From Gammaproteobacteria bacterium (GTDB lineage Bacteria; Pseudomonadota; Gammaproteobacteria; CBDBNL01; JAAOII01), in contig OZ242372.1 of the NCBI GenBank assembly GCA_965209035.1, positions 1,696,001 to 1,760,000 of the forward strand: a stretch of DNA of 64,000 nucleotides, in the 5' to 3' direction. Position numbers and translations under genes: made by a program. Positions 48,263-60,065 of the stretch are shown here, one piece after another. Under the pieces are notes generated by a model. It saw nothing but the letters and a program-made list of their open reading frames with translations. It was not told where the DNA came from and did no database searches. Every line of letters starts with the position of its first letter. Positions within the stretch are counted from its first letter, which is position 1.

Positions 48263-49201
48263 ATGCGAACACCTCTCAATTACACAGGGAATAAATCAAG
48301 GTTAGTATCCGCATTCAAGGATAATTTTCCAAAGAAAATAAAAAAATTTGTAGACTTGTTTTGTGGCGGGGGGACTGTTGGTTTGAGTGTTGATGCCGAA
48401 CAAGTTTTTTTTGTAGATAGTAATAAAAATGTGATTGAATTATTGAAGCATCTTTCAAAATTTGATTATGGGGTCCTATTGGAAAGATTGGAAAGATTGA
48501 TACACAGACATCAATTATCTTATTCTGCCAAGTGTGGTTATCAAGGATATAGAAAAGGAATAGATAAGCAAGATAATAACGGATTGAAAGAATACAATTC
48601 ACGTGGTTTTTATAAATTAAGGCAGAGTTACAACGCACAAAAAGATAAGTTTAGCGCGGAAAGTCTGGATATGTTGTATCTGTTGATGGTTTATGGGTTT
48701 AACAACGATATTAGGTTTAATTCCAAAAACGAGTACAACTTGCCGGCAGGTAAAACGGATTTAAACAAAAGTAATTTAAGGAAGTTAGAAGAATATATCA
48801 AAAGAGTAGGCGAGATATCTTGCAAGTTTATATGCGAGGACTTTAGAAGCGAGAAAGTAAAAGATATATTGCTTGCCGCGGAATTCGTTTATGCCGATCC
48901 TCCTTATCTTTTAGGCAAAGCAGTGTATAACGAAAATGGCAGTTGGACACAAGATAACGAAAGGGATTTAATTACTCTTCTAAAGATGTTAGATGAGAGT
49001 AAGGTTTCGTTTGCTTTATCGAATGTTATAGAAAAAGCGATTCCCAAGATAGAAAATAAACTACTAAAAGAATGGGTTTCAAATAATGAACATCTCAGAA
49101 TATTAAATATGAATACTCATTACAGAAGTTCAAGTTATAACAAGAAAAATAGAAATGCCGGCGAGCAAGAGGTTTTAATCGTCAACAGCTTGCCATGTTA
49201 A
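48263..49201 (+). CDS. D12-class (Dam-like) N6-adenine DNA methyltransferase, AT-rich
   Basis: PLNYTGNK, DLFCGGG, RFNSKNEYN.P.G and FVYADPPY motifs. Confidence 0.92.
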   Translation: MRTPLNYTGNKSRLVSAFKDNFPKKIKKFVDLFCGGGTVGLSVDAEQVFFVDSNKNVIELLKHLSKFDYGVLLERLERLIHRHQLSYSAKCGYQGYRKGIDKQDNNGLKEYNSRGFYKLRQSYNAQKDKFSAESLDMLYLLMVYGFNNDIRFNSKNEYNLPAGKTDLNKSNLRKLEEYIKRVGEISCKFICEDFRSEKVKDILLAAEFVYADPPYLLGKAVYNENGSWTQDNERDLITLLKMLDESKVSFALSNVIEKAIPKIENKLLKEWVSNNEHLRILNMNTHYRSSSYNKKNRNAGEQEVLIVNSLPC

Positions 49202-49290
49202 ATATCTACAACAGGAGATATTTGGGTAGTAAGAAATTGTTGCTAAAAGATATTGAGTATTTGGTAGAAAAGAGAGATTATCTATATTGA
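49195..49290 (+). pseudogene. 31-codon N-terminal stub of a second adenine methyltransferase
   Basis: ATG overlaps the upstream stop; it reads MLNIYNRRYLGSKKLLLKDIE (the RY[LI]GSK.KL start motif of D12 methylases) and then stops. Confidence 0.7.
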
Positions 49291-49550
49291 ATTTGGATAT
49301 AGATATAAAAGAGTTACTTGATTTTTATAGCATCACAGAATAGCCCGGCAATACGAGTTCAATTTTTGATATCAATCATCCGCAGATTAAAAGCCGGATC
49401 AGTTTGTTTTATAATACCGATAACAGGCAAGTCTCGTTCCTTGTTAGCAAAACCGCGGGCGGGGACTTGGCTTGAAATGTGAAATATAAAACAAGAATTA
49501 AACTAAAATAATGTTATATTGATTACGATGAAAAAGCAGTTTTTTATGCG

Positions 49551-49622
49551 TTCGGGGATGACCCCGGCGAGAGTTTCAGGGATAATCCTGGCGAGAGTTT
49601 CGGGGACAACCCCGGCGAGGAC
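49551..49622 (+). repeat. Three tandem 24-bp hairpin units directly upstream of atpB
   Basis: TTCGGGGATGACCCCGGCGAGAGT / TTCAGGGATAATCCTGGCGAGAGT / TTCGGGGACAACCCCGGCGAGGAC. Confidence 0.85.
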
Positions 49623-49632
49623 GGACAGATAA

Positions 49633-50448
<816 letters not shown>

Positions 50449-50522
50449 GCGGGATCTGTAAAGAAAGGATTGTTCTTATAATAACCACAAACGACTTTTA
50501 ACTTATATATAAACTTTATTAA

Positions 50523-50798
<276 letters not shown>

Positions 50799-50801
50799 GC
50801 G

Positions 50802-51272
50802 ATGAACATTAATCTGACTCTTGTCGGTCAGGCAATTTCGTTTGCTCTGTTCGTGCTGTTTTGCATGCGCTTTGTTTGGCCGCCCGTGATGAATGCTTTG
50901 CGGGAAAGGCAAAAATCCATCAGCGAAGGGTTGCTGGCGGCGGATCAGGCGAAGCAGAATCTGGCACAAACGCAGGAGGAAAATCAACTGCAATTGCAAC
51001 AGGGGAAACGGCAGGCGGAAGAAATTCTTGCCGGCGCCAACAAGCAAGCACAGGTGATTTTGGAGAATGCCAAAGCCGAAGCCGAAAAAGAGGGGCAGAG
51101 GATCGTTCGTGCAGCCGAAGAGGCGGCACAGCAAAGTATGCAAAAAGCGCGCAGCGAGTTGCGTACCACTTTTGCCGGATTGGTTTCCAGCGGCGTCGCC
51201 AAGATTCTTGGGCGCGAAGCGGACATCAATCAGCACAAGAGCATTTTGAATTCCCTGGAAAAGCAACTTTAA
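50802..51272 (+). CDS. atpF: ATP synthase F0 subunit b
   Basis: [14 protein letters not shown]...FVWPP N-terminus; operon position. Confidence 0.96.
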   Translation: MNINLTLVGQAISFALFVLFCMRFVWPPVMNALRERQKSISEGLLAADQAKQNLAQTQEENQLQLQQGKRQAEEILAGANKQAQVILENAKAEAEKEGQRIVRAAEEAAQQSMQKARSELRTTFAGLVSSGVAKILGREADINQHKSILNSLEKQL

Positions 51273-51308
51273 GAACTAACAAAAATTAATTAAGGCAGAA
51301 CAGCTCCG

Positions 51309-51875
51309 ATGGATACTTTGGCTCGTCCCTATGCCCGTGCCGCTTTTGCGGTGGCACAAGATACCGACCCGACGGGTGCGGGTGCGAATGCGAATGCGAA
51401 TAAAGGAACAGAAAGCTGGCTAAGTTTTTTATCCGTTATTGCAAAATCTGTTACCGAGCCGACACTTGCGACCTATGTGGCGAACCCGTCTTTGGCACGC
51501 AAAGAGAAGGTTGGTATTCTTCTGCGGCTGTCTGCGGAGTGCGGTGTAAAAACGGATGCGAAGCAATCTAATTTTTTGACGCTTTTATTCCAAAACAATC
51601 GCCTGCGCTTTCTGCCCGCCATACTGCATCTTTTCCGGGAAATGAAACTGAGTTCGGAACAGGCACTATCCGCCCGGGTTCGCACCGCTTTCCCGTTGGA
51701 TGAGGCGGAGCTGGGGCAGTTGGAGGCAACCCTTGCCGCCGCTTACAAGCGTCCGGTTCGGGCGGAAGTGGCGCTTGACGAGAGCCTCATCGGCGGCCTG
51801 GTGATTGAAGTACTGGGATACTCCCGGGATTATTCGATCAAGGGGAAACTGGAAATACTGCGTAAAAATTTATAA
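51309..51875 (+). CDS. atpH: ATP synthase F1 subunit delta
   Basis: TLARPYARAAF and LIGGLVI motifs; operon position. Confidence 0.95.
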   Translation: MDTLARPYARAAFAVAQDTDPTGAGANANANKGTESWLSFLSVIAKSVTEPTLATYVANPSLARKEKVGILLRLSAECGVKTDAKQSNFLTLLFQNNRLRFLPAILHLFREMKLSSEQALSARVRTAFPLDEAELGQLEATLAAAYKRPVRAEVALDESLIGGLVIEVLGYSRDYSIKGKLEILRKNL

Positions 51876-51906
51876 ATAACATACAACCAAAAATAACACA
51901 GACGAT

Positions 51907-53445
51907 ATGGAAAAACAAGCATCCGCTGAAATAAGCAATATAATCAAACGCAAAATAGAAGACCTGTCTTTGTCGTCCGAGCCCGGCAGCGAAGGTGTCA
52001 TCGTTTCGGTGGCGGACGGGATCTTAAACATTCACGGGCTGCGCGATGTGCAATACGGGGAAATGATAGAACTTCCCGGCGATATTTATGCGATGGCGTT
52101 GAACCTACAGCGTGACTCCGTCGGCGCGGTGGTGCTGGGAGATTACGAGCATTTAACCGAAGGGGACCGGGTGCGTTGCAGCGGGCGTGTATTGGAAGTT
52201 CCGGTGGGCGAATCCCTGCTCGGGCGTGTGGTGGATGCCCTGGGTGTCCCAATTGACGGCAAAGGGGAATTTAAGGCGGAAGGGACCCTGCCGATTGAAC
52301 GGGTGGCACCCGGTGTGATCAGTCGCCAATCCGTATCCGAGCCGGTGCAAACCGGTTACAAGGCGTTGGATTCCATGGTGCCGATTGGCAGAGGACAACG
52401 GGAATTGATTATCGGCGATCGCCAAACGGGTAAAACCGCCATTGCGATAGACGCGATCATCAATCAGCGCGCAAGCGGGATCAAGTGCATTTATGTGGCG
52501 ATCGGGCAAAAGCAATCCTCTATTGTGAACATCGTCAACAAACTGGCAGCCGAGGATGCGCTGAAACACACAATTATTGTTGCCGCCCCGGCGGCTGCCC
52601 CGGCGGCCATGCAGTTTATTGCGCCTTACTCCGGTTGTGCGATGGGTGAATATTTCAGAGACAAGGGAGAGGATGCTCTCATCATTTATGATGATCTGAC
52701 GAAGCAAGCATGGGCATACAGACAGATTTCTCTGTTATTAAGACGCCCGCCCGGGCGCGAAGCCTATCCCGGCGATGTCTTTTACTTGCACTCGCGCCTT
52801 TTGGAAAGGGCGGCGCGTGTCAATGGCAAGTATGTTAGTCGGATGACGGACGGCAAGGTTAAGGACAAAAGCGGTTCACTGACCGCTTTGCCGATCATTG
52901 AAACTCAGGCCGGCGATGTGTCGGCATTTGTCCCGACCAATGTGATTTCCATTACGGACGGTCAGATTTACCTTGAATCAGATCTGTTTAACGCCGGAAT
53001 TCGCCCCGCCATTAATGCGGGTATCTCGGTTTCCAGGGTGGGGGGTGCCGCCCAAACGCCCATCATTAAAAAACTCGGCGGCGGTGTTCGCTTGGCGTTG
53101 GCTCAGTATCGGGAATTGGAATCCTTTTCTCAGTTTGCCTCCGATTTGGACGAGACAACTCGTCGTCAATTACAACACGGTCAGCGAGTGACCGAATTGA
53201 TGAAACAAAAGCAATATCGACCCTTGAGCGTTGCCGAGATGGCGGCCAGTCTGTTCGCCGCCAACGAGGGATTTTTGGATAAAGTAGAACTTGCCAATAT
53301 TGTTTCTTATGAGGAGTCTATGCATTCTTTTCTTAACACGCAGCGCAAATCCTTGATGGATGCCATCAACGCCGATCCGAAATATGACGACAAGACGGTG
53401 GCGGACCTCAAACAGGCCCTGACCGATTTTGCCGCCGGTATCTGA
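51907..53445 (+). CDS. atpA: ATP synthase F1 subunit alpha
   Basis: GDRQTGKT and [21 protein letters not shown] motifs. Confidence 0.98.
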   Translation: MEKQASAEISNIIKRKIEDLSLSSEPGSEGVIVSVADGILNIHGLRDVQYGEMIELPGDIYAMALNLQRDSVGAVVLGDYEHLTEGDRVRCSGRVLEVPVGESLLGRVVDALGVPIDGKGEFKAEGTLPIERVAPGVISRQSVSEPVQTGYKALDSMVPIGRGQRELIIGDRQTGKTAIAIDAIINQRASGIKCIYVAIGQKQSSIVNIVNKLAAEDALKHTIIVAAPAAAPAAMQFIAPYSGCAMGEYFRDKGEDALIIYDDLTKQAWAYRQISLLLRRPPGREAYPGDVFYLHSRLLERAARVNGKYVSRMTDGKVKDKSGSLTALPIIETQAGDVSAFVPTNVISITDGQIYLESDLFNAGIRPAINAGISVSRVGGAAQTPIIKKLGGGVRLALAQYRELESFSQFASDLDETTRRQLQHGQRVTELMKQKQYRPLSVAEMAASLFAANEGFLDKVELANIVSYEESMHSFLNTQRKSLMDAINADPKYDDKTVADLKQALTDFAAGI

Positions 53446-53527
53446 GTCTGTTTCGCTGCTTTGGAGAAACGCCATAAGATCTTATAACCAAACACAGTCC
53501 GACAGGATATAAAACACAAGTCAGAAG

Positions 53528-54409
53528 ATGGCAGCCGGTAAGGACATCCGCAATAAGATTCGCAGTATTCGCAATACGCAAAAGATTACCGGCGCGATGG
53601 AATTGGTGGCGGCCAGCAAGATGCGTAAGGTTCAGGAGCGGATGCAGGCCGGTCGACCTTACAGTGAAAATATGCTGGATCTCATCCGCAGTATGGCGGA
53701 TGCTTCCGTTGAATATCGCCATCCGTTTATGGTGCGGCGAGATTGCAAGGCGGTTGGTTTCGTAATTATTTCCAGCGACAGGGGGCTTTGCGGGGGATTA
53801 AACTATGCGTTGTTTCGCAAGGTCTTGGCGGCCGAGGTGGGATTTGAGAAGCGCGGTATCGGGGTGATGCGCGCAACTCTCGGCGGTAAGGGGACTTTTT
53901 TTTTCAAGGCAATCGGCAAGGAAGTGGCGGCCGCCCAGGGTCATCTGGGTGATACGCCGGCTGTGGCGGATCTGCTGGGAACACTCGGTGTGATGTTGGA
54001 CGCCCACCGCAAGGAAGAATTGGACGAGTTATATGTTTGTTACAACAATTTTGTTAATACGATGGTTCAGCGGCCGGTTGTTCAACAGTTGTTGCCTCTG
54101 CCCAAACAGGAAGAAAGCGACGAAACTACAAAAAAGGACAGCAAACGCCACGGTTGGGATTACATCTACGAACCGGAAGCACCGCAGTTGATGGACAAAC
54201 TTCTGCAGAGATACTTGGAATCTGTTGTATATCAGGCGGTCGTGGAGAACATCTGCTGTGAGCAGGCCGCCCGTATGGTCGCGATGAAAAGTGCCACAGA
54301 CAACGCATCCGATATCATAGAAGAACTGGAACTTCTGTACAACAAAGCCCGACAGGCTTTAATTACACAAGAGATATCAGAGATAGTCGGCGGCGCAGAG
54401 GCTCTTTAG
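53528..54409 (+). CDS. atpG: ATP synthase F1 subunit gamma
   Basis: KITGAMELVAASK, DRGLCG and RQALITQEISEIVGGA motifs. Confidence 0.97.
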   Translation: MAAGKDIRNKIRSIRNTQKITGAMELVAASKMRKVQERMQAGRPYSENMLDLIRSMADASVEYRHPFMVRRDCKAVGFVIISSDRGLCGGLNYALFRKVLAAEVGFEKRGIGVMRATLGGKGTFFFKAIGKEVAAAQGHLGDTPAVADLLGTLGVMLDAHRKEELDELYVCYNNFVNTMVQRPVVQQLLPLPKQEESDETTKKDSKRHGWDYIYEPEAPQLMDKLLQRYLESVVYQAVVENICCEQAARMVAMKSATDNASDIIEELELLYNKARQALITQEISEIVGGAEAL

Positions 54410-54438
54410 AGTCATTCCAAACGGACAAAATTTTTGGA

Positions 54439-54511
<73 letters not shown>

Positions 54512-54655
54512 CTATTAAAGAAATCCCCTCGTTCTGTCTTATTAGATGCATCTTGGATGTCCTGCGGATGTATCTTCCTGCGATGTGTCTCAGATGCTCC
54601 CGGGCATTTTACTTAATCAACGGCCAGCCGTTCCATTAATCGCGTAACCCAATCA

Positions 54656-56062
54656 ATGCGCCGACTTCTTGTTTTGTGGGGCATTCATTCCATCCTTTCC
54701 ATTCTTTTGATTGCTTGCGGGCAATTCTCGGCCCCGGTGCGGGCAGCGGAGGATCCGCCGCACATTGGCGGCCTATCCGCCGTATCTCTTGCCGAAGAAA
54801 AGAACTTGGGAAGAACCTGGTGGCGACGAAATTATCGCAATCTTAATCCCGTATCGGATTACATCCTTCAATCCTATGCGGAGCATCTTGTGGCACTTCT
54901 GGCACAAACCGAGCAGATGGCAGCCTACGATTTGCAAGTGCATATTCTGCCATCGGATTCTTTGAATGCGTTTGCCGCTCCGGGCGGGATCATTGGCGTG
55001 CATACGGGATTATGGCGTTATGCCGAAACGGAAGAAGAGTTTGCTTCGGTGGTCGCGCATGAGTTGGCGCATCTGAGCCAACGGCATTTTGTGCGTATGC
55101 TGCAAGATGCGCGCGGCAGTTTTCCCGCTTCTTTGGCATCTGTTTTGGCCGGCATAGGTCTCATCATTGCCGGCAATCCGGCCGCCGGGGCTCTTGCCAT
55201 ATACGGCACAGCCGGTTATCAACAAGATCGTTTCTTGGCAATGTCAAGGCGATTTGAAAGAGAGGCGGATAACCTGGCGTCCGACTACATGGCAAGGGCG
55301 GGTTTTTCCCCGGAAGGTGCGCTGAATATGTTTTATCGTATGGAACGACTTGCGGGCGGGAACTCGCTCCCCGCATATCTGAGTACGCATCCGCTCACTT
55401 CCGATAGGTTGCATTTTGCCCGTCTGCGGGCCACGGCCGCCCCCCGCACTTCGCTTGTGCGGGCAACGGATTATCCGTTTATCCGTTTGCGCGCTATGTC
55501 TGTCACGGGCGGGGCGGATGTGCCGGCAAACAGTGCGCCGGCATTGCGGGATTATGCCAAAGCACTGGAACTGAGCGCAAAAGGCTCTCATAAGAAAGCG
55601 GCGAAAATCATGCAAAATCTTGCCAAAGAGCGGCCCGGGTCACAGACTTTGTTCTTCTCGGCCGCGGAATTGCGCCTTCGGGCAAACGAGGGCGGAGAGG
55701 TTCGGCGTCTGCTTGAAGAACGGCACAAGTATCTCGGCGATTCGGCAATTTTGCATTACTTCCTTGCACAGGCATGTGCCCAACAGCAAGATTGGGAGGC
55801 TGCGATTCGTTCTATGTTGTTTGTTCTGAAAGCAAACGAAGAGGATGAAGCAATCTGGCGACATCTTGCCGATTATTACGCCAAGCAAAAGAATAATTAC
55901 GCGTATTTTCTTGCCGATGCGATTTATCGGGTTCTCACGGGCGAAGGCAGGCAGGCACAACGCAGTTTCAAACTGGCAAAGCAACATGCGGCCGGGGACG
56001 CAATTCGTTTGGCGGACTTGGAAGCAACGAGAACCAAGTTTGGCATCCCCGGCGGCGAATAA
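54656..56062 (+). CDS. bepA: M48 family metalloprotease with TPR region (BepA/YfgC-like)
   Basis: LNAFAAPGG, AHELAHLSQRH, EREAD and YLSTHP motifs; signal peptide. Confidence 0.85.
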   Translation: MRRLLVLWGIHSILSILLIACGQFSAPVRAAEDPPHIGGLSAVSLAEEKNLGRTWWRRNYRNLNPVSDYILQSYAEHLVALLAQTEQMAAYDLQVHILPSDSLNAFAAPGGIIGVHTGLWRYAETEEEFASVVAHELAHLSQRHFVRMLQDARGSFPASLASVLAGIGLIIAGNPAAGALAIYGTAGYQQDRFLAMSRRFEREADNLASDYMARAGFSPEGALNMFYRMERLAGGNSLPAYLSTHPLTSDRLHFARLRATAAPRTSLVRATDYPFIRLRAMSVTGGADVPANSAPALRDYAKALELSAKGSHKKAAKIMQNLAKERPGSQTLFFSAAELRLRANEGGEVRRLLEERHKYLGDSAILHYFLAQACAQQQDWEAAIRSMLFVLKANEEDEAIWRHLADYYAKQKNNYAYFLADAIYRVLTGEGRQAQRSFKLAKQHAAGDAIRLADLEATRTKFGIPGGE

Positions 56063-56232
56063 CTTGCCGGATCTTTTTTGGGGAATGATGACTGACTGCC
56101 AATAAGAAGTATATAATTCCCATTTTTTATTGCCTCCGTCTTACAAAATTCTTTAATGATGTAGTAAAATGATTTTGCGGTCGGAGAAAGCCCAAAATAT
56201 AAATAAGAAAAAACAAAAACAAAAATAAAGTT

Positions 56233-56442
56233 ATGGCAGTTCAAAAAAGAAAAAAAGCGCGTTCCAGAAGCGCGATGCGTCGGTCACATAATACAAAAGT
56301 GCAACCAACGGCATACTCTGCGGATGCAATGACCGGTGAGATGCATTTACGACATCATATCACCGCTACCGGCTATTATCGCGGTAAGGTCGCGGTGGAA
56401 GTTCCCATTAAGAAGGCGAAAGACGAACAGGAAGAGGAGTAA
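56233..56442 (+). CDS. rpmF: 50S ribosomal protein L32
   Basis: MAVQK.KK.RS...MRRSH...GEMHLRHHIT..GYYRG. Confidence 0.96.
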   Translation: MAVQKRKKARSRSAMRRSHNTKVQPTAYSADAMTGEMHLRHHITATGYYRGKVAVEVPIKKAKDEQEEE

Positions 56443-56507
56443 CTGATACTTGTGGGTATGTTTGCACGGCCTTATGAATTTAATCATAAACAAAAACGAA
56501 TACAAAG

Positions 56508-57458
56508 ATGAAAGACAAAACGGTGTTTCTTTTCCCCGGTCAGGGATCCCAGCGCGTCGGTATGCTTGCCGATTTTGCCGAGCAACCGAGTGTCAAGGAA
56601 ACCTTTGCGGAAGCAAGCGACATCTTATCTTTGGATGTTTGGAAACTCGTCCGGAAAGGGCCCGAGAGCGAGTTAAACAAAACCATATGCACCCAGCCGG
56701 CTCTTTTAACTTGTTCCGTGGCATTGTGGAGGCTGTGGTGTGCCGAGAAGGGACCGGCTCCCGACTTTATGGCGGGTCATAGTTTGGGCGAATACAGTGC
56801 CTTGGTTTGTGCGGATTCTCTGGCATTTGATAAGACCCTTGTTTTGGTCAGACAGCGCGGCAAGTATATGCAGATGGCGGTTAGCGACAAAAAGAGTACT
56901 ATGGCAGCCATACTGGGACTGCAATTGGAAACGGTTCAAAAATTGTGCGAAGCGACGGCGAGCATCGGATATGTGCAGCCCGCAAACATCAATAGCGAAA
57001 CTCAAATCGTAATATCCGGCTTTGCCAATGCGGTGGAAGCGGTTTGTAAGAAGGCAAAGACGGAGGGGGCAAAACGCACTGTGTTATTGCCGGTGAGTGT
57101 GGCATCTCATTGTGAGTTGATGCGCTCGGCTGCCGACCTTCTCGCGGAAGATATTCATACTCTTGAAATCAAGCCGCCGCGTGTTCCTGTTTTTCATAAC
57201 ACCTGCGCCGCTGTGGCGGAGAAGCCGGAACAAGTCAGGGAGTTTCTCGTCAAGCAATTGGTTTCGCCGGTTCGCTGGTTTGATACGGTGAAGGTCCTGC
57301 GCGAAAAAGGGGCGGGTATTGCACTGGAATGCGGCCCCGGCCGGGTGCTTGGCGGGTTAAATCGTTTCGCCGGCAAGGAAATTCAGAATTTTCATTTGGG
57401 CGAGAAACTTGTCGATTTTGAAACCGCGTTGGAAACTCTTCGGAAGTTAGACCAATAA
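56508..57458 (+). CDS. fabD: Malonyl-CoA:ACP transacylase
   Basis: FPGQGSQ, GHSLGEY and SHC.LM motifs. Confidence 0.96.
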   Translation: MKDKTVFLFPGQGSQRVGMLADFAEQPSVKETFAEASDILSLDVWKLVRKGPESELNKTICTQPALLTCSVALWRLWCAEKGPAPDFMAGHSLGEYSALVCADSLAFDKTLVLVRQRGKYMQMAVSDKKSTMAAILGLQLETVQKLCEATASIGYVQPANINSETQIVISGFANAVEAVCKKAKTEGAKRTVLLPVSVASHCELMRSAADLLAEDIHTLEIKPPRVPVFHNTCAAVAEKPEQVREFLVKQLVSPVRWFDTVKVLREKGAGIALECGPGRVLGGLNRFAGKEIQNFHLGEKLVDFETALETLRKLDQ

Positions 57459-57515
57459 CCCGTTTCCCCAAAAGAGACAACTATTGTTAATTGTCATTTA
57501 TTTTTATTTTTGTTA

Positions 57516-58253
57516 ATGCCTAAAAAGATAGCACTTGTAACCGGCGCCAGTCGCGGGCTTGGAAAAGCCATCGCGCATCGTTTGGCGGACAGCGGATTTT
57601 CTGTTACGGGAACCGCCACCACCGCCGAAGGAGCGGCTGCCTTGGCAAAAGAATTGCAAAGCATATCCCCGGATTGCGAAGGCAAAATATTAAATCTGCG
57701 CGAAGAAGAGTCGGTGGAAGAGTTGTTTGCGGATCTGAAAGAGCGCGCAAGAGTGCCGGCTGTCTTGGTTGCCAATGCCGGTATTGCCCAAGATCATTTG
57801 ATTTTACGAATGACATCGGAGCAGTGGAGCGAAGTGATCCGCGTGAATCTGAGCGGCGGCTTTCAACTTTGTCGGCGGGCTCTGCGCGGTATGATGAAAA
57901 ATAAATGGGGGCGCGTTATTTTGCTGGGCTCGGTTGTGGGTGCCATCGGCAATGTCGGGCAAGCCAATTATGCCGCTTCCAAGGCGGGTTTGGCCGCGAT
58001 GGGGCGCAGTCTGGCGCGCGAGTTTGCCGCCCGCGGTATTACGGTGAATACGGTTTCCCCCGGATTTATTGAAACGGATATGACAGCCGACATGGATGAG
58101 AAAATGCGCGTTCATCTGCTTAAGCAGATCCCGTTGCATCGCTACGGCTCACCACAGGAAGTGGCGGCTGCCGTGCATTTTCTTGCTTCCGAGGATGCCG
58201 GCTATATTACCGGTCAAACCCTGCATGTTAACGGCGGGATGTACATGGTGTAA
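57516..58253 (+). CDS. fabG: 3-oxoacyl-ACP reductase
   Basis: TGASRGLG, GQANYAASK and LHVNGGMYM motifs; operon position. Confidence 0.96.
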   Translation: MPKKIALVTGASRGLGKAIAHRLADSGFSVTGTATTAEGAAALAKELQSISPDCEGKILNLREEESVEELFADLKERARVPAVLVANAGIAQDHLILRMTSEQWSEVIRVNLSGGFQLCRRALRGMMKNKWGRVILLGSVVGAIGNVGQANYAASKAGLAAMGRSLAREFAARGITVNTVSPGFIETDMTADMDEKMRVHLLKQIPLHRYGSPQEVAAAVHFLASEDAGYITGQTLHVNGGMYMV

Positions 58254-58358
58254 AATACATTTTTACCGCTTTGGGATTTTTTGCCCGGGAGAAGGTGGTA
58301 GAATGCGAGAAAGGTTTTATTTTTATTATTTACTAACTATTAAAAAGGAGTCAATATT

Positions 58359-58604
58359 ATGGACGCAAAAAAAGTAGAAGAAATTGTTATCGGCATAGTT
58401 GCCGAGCAATTAAATGTAAAGAAAGAAGAAGTCAAAGGGAGTTCTTCTTTTGTTGATGATCTGGGTGCCGATTCACTGGACACGGTGGAATTGGTGATGG
58501 CACTGGAAGAGCATTTTGATACGGAAATTCCGGACGAAGAAGCCGAGAAAATCCAAACTATTCAAAATGCGGTCGACTATATCACAAAGCACGGAAAAGA
58601 TTAA
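58359..58604 (+). CDS. acpP: Acyl carrier protein
   Basis: [18 protein letters not shown] motif. Confidence 0.98.
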   Translation: MDAKKVEEIVIGIVAEQLNVKKEEVKGSSSFVDDLGADSLDTVELVMALEEHFDTEIPDEEAEKIQTIQNAVDYITKHGKD

Positions 58605-58616
58605 TCGGGCTAGTCT

Positions 58617-59855
58617 GTGTCAAAACGCAGAGTTGTTGTAACAGGCCTGGGCATTGTATCTCCTCTCGGTGCGGATGTTTCCTCCAACTGGAAATCTCTG
58701 ACCGAAGGCAGAAGCGGGATAACCACCGTTGAACGGTTTGATGTTTCGCGACTTGCCACCCGATTTGCCGGGCTGATTGAGGATTTCCCTTGCGAGGGTA
58801 TCATCACCGCCAAGGAAGCCAGGCGAATGGATCTTTTTATTCGCTATGCTATTTTTGCCGCGGATCAGGCGGTGCGCGATGCCGGTTTATTGGAATTCAA
58901 CGACTCGCCGGAGCGTTATGCCGTTTATGTGGGTTCCGGTATTGGCGGAATAGGCACGATTGAAGAAAATGTCCTTGTTCTGCATAAGGACGGTCCCCGG
59001 CGGATTTCCCCGTTCTTTGTTCCGGGGAGCATCATTAATATGGCTTCCGGCAGCATATCCATTCGTTACGGGTTTCAGGGGGCAAACATTGGTATCGCCA
59101 CTGCTTGCACCACAGGCACTCATAGCATCGGCTACGGCATGCGATCCATATTGCTTGATGAGGCGGATGTTGCGGTGGTCGGCGGTGCCGAAGCCCCGGT
59201 AACCTATTTGGGTATGGCGGGCTTTGTCGCCGCCCGTTCTCTGTCATCCCGCAACGAAGCCCCGCAAGAAGCCAGCCGTCCTTGGGATAAGGATCGCGAC
59301 GGCTTTGTGTTGGGCGAAGGGGCGGGTGTTCTCATCCTGGAAGAATATGAACATGCCCGGGCCCGTTCCGCTAACATCTATGCGGAATTAACGGGGTTTG
59401 GCGTCAGTGCGGATGCTTGGCATATTACCGCACCGCCGGTCAATGGCGAAGGTGCGGTTCTTGCGATGAGTGCCTCCTTGCGAAGTGCCGGCTTAAATCC
59501 CGCGGATATTTCTTACATCAACGCACACGGGACATCCACCAGCCTTGGCGATCTTGCCGAGGTTCGGGCAATTAAATCGGTTTTTGGCGGTAAAAGTGAG
59601 GTGCCGGCGGTCTCTTCCACCAAGTCCATGACCGGTCATCTGTTAGGGGCGGCCGGTGCCATAGAAGCCATATATAGCGTGATGGCATTGAAAGAGCAAA
59701 CCGCACCGCCGACGATTAATCTGGATCATCCGGACGAGGAATGCGATCTGGATTTTTTGGCGGATGGTACCCGCAGGCTTAAAATAGACAAGGTTCTTAG
59801 TAATTCTTTTGGTTTTGGCGGCACAAACGGTTCTTTGATATTTTCCCGGGTGTAG
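58617..59855 (+). CDS. fabF: 3-oxoacyl-ACP synthase II
   Basis: TACTTG, NAHGTST, GHLLGAAG and NSFGFGG motifs. Confidence 0.97.
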   Translation: MSKRRVVVTGLGIVSPLGADVSSNWKSLTEGRSGITTVERFDVSRLATRFAGLIEDFPCEGIITAKEARRMDLFIRYAIFAADQAVRDAGLLEFNDSPERYAVYVGSGIGGIGTIEENVLVLHKDGPRRISPFFVPGSIINMASGSISIRYGFQGANIGIATACTTGTHSIGYGMRSILLDEADVAVVGGAEAPVTYLGMAGFVAARSLSSRNEAPQEASRPWDKDRDGFVLGEGAGVLILEEYEHARARSANIYAELTGFGVSADAWHITAPPVNGEGAVLAMSASLRSAGLNPADISYINAHGTSTSLGDLAEVRAIKSVFGGKSEVPAVSSTKSMTGHLLGAAGAIEAIYSVMALKEQTAPPTINLDHPDEECDLDFLADGTRRLKIDKVLSNSFGFGGTNGSLIFSRV

Positions 59856-59888
59856 GTCACATCCGCAGGCATCCGCATTTGTTGCCGG

Positions 59889-60065
59889 CAGCCGAATGCA
59901 TATTTTTAAGAAATACTTTCTTTGGGCTGCGGCTGCTTCCGGTAGCCGAATGAATATCTATAAAAGAATTCGCAAGAAATACTTTCTTTGGGCTTCGGCT
60001 GCTTTTGGTAGCCGAATGAATATCTATAAAAGAATTCGCAAGAAATACTTTCTTTGGGCTTCGGC
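59889..60065 (+). repeat. Triplicated mltG start region (66-bp unit; two near-identical copies plus one shortened copy)
   Basis: GCCGAATG...AAGAAATACTTTCTTTGGGCT recurs with ATGs at 59896, 59950 and 60016. Confidence 0.9.

Noticed and set aside
49551-49622. 24-bp repeats as a CRISPR array
   Set aside because: The units are contiguous with no unique spacers, and there are no cas genes in the window.
54512-54655. Prophage or island integrated at tRNA-Arg
   Set aside because: No integrase or duplicated tRNA 3' end was seen, and the downstream gene is housekeeping bepA.
59889-60065. 66-bp periodicity as CRISPR repeat-spacer units
   Set aside because: The entire unit is repeated and is in-frame coding sequence of the mltG start.
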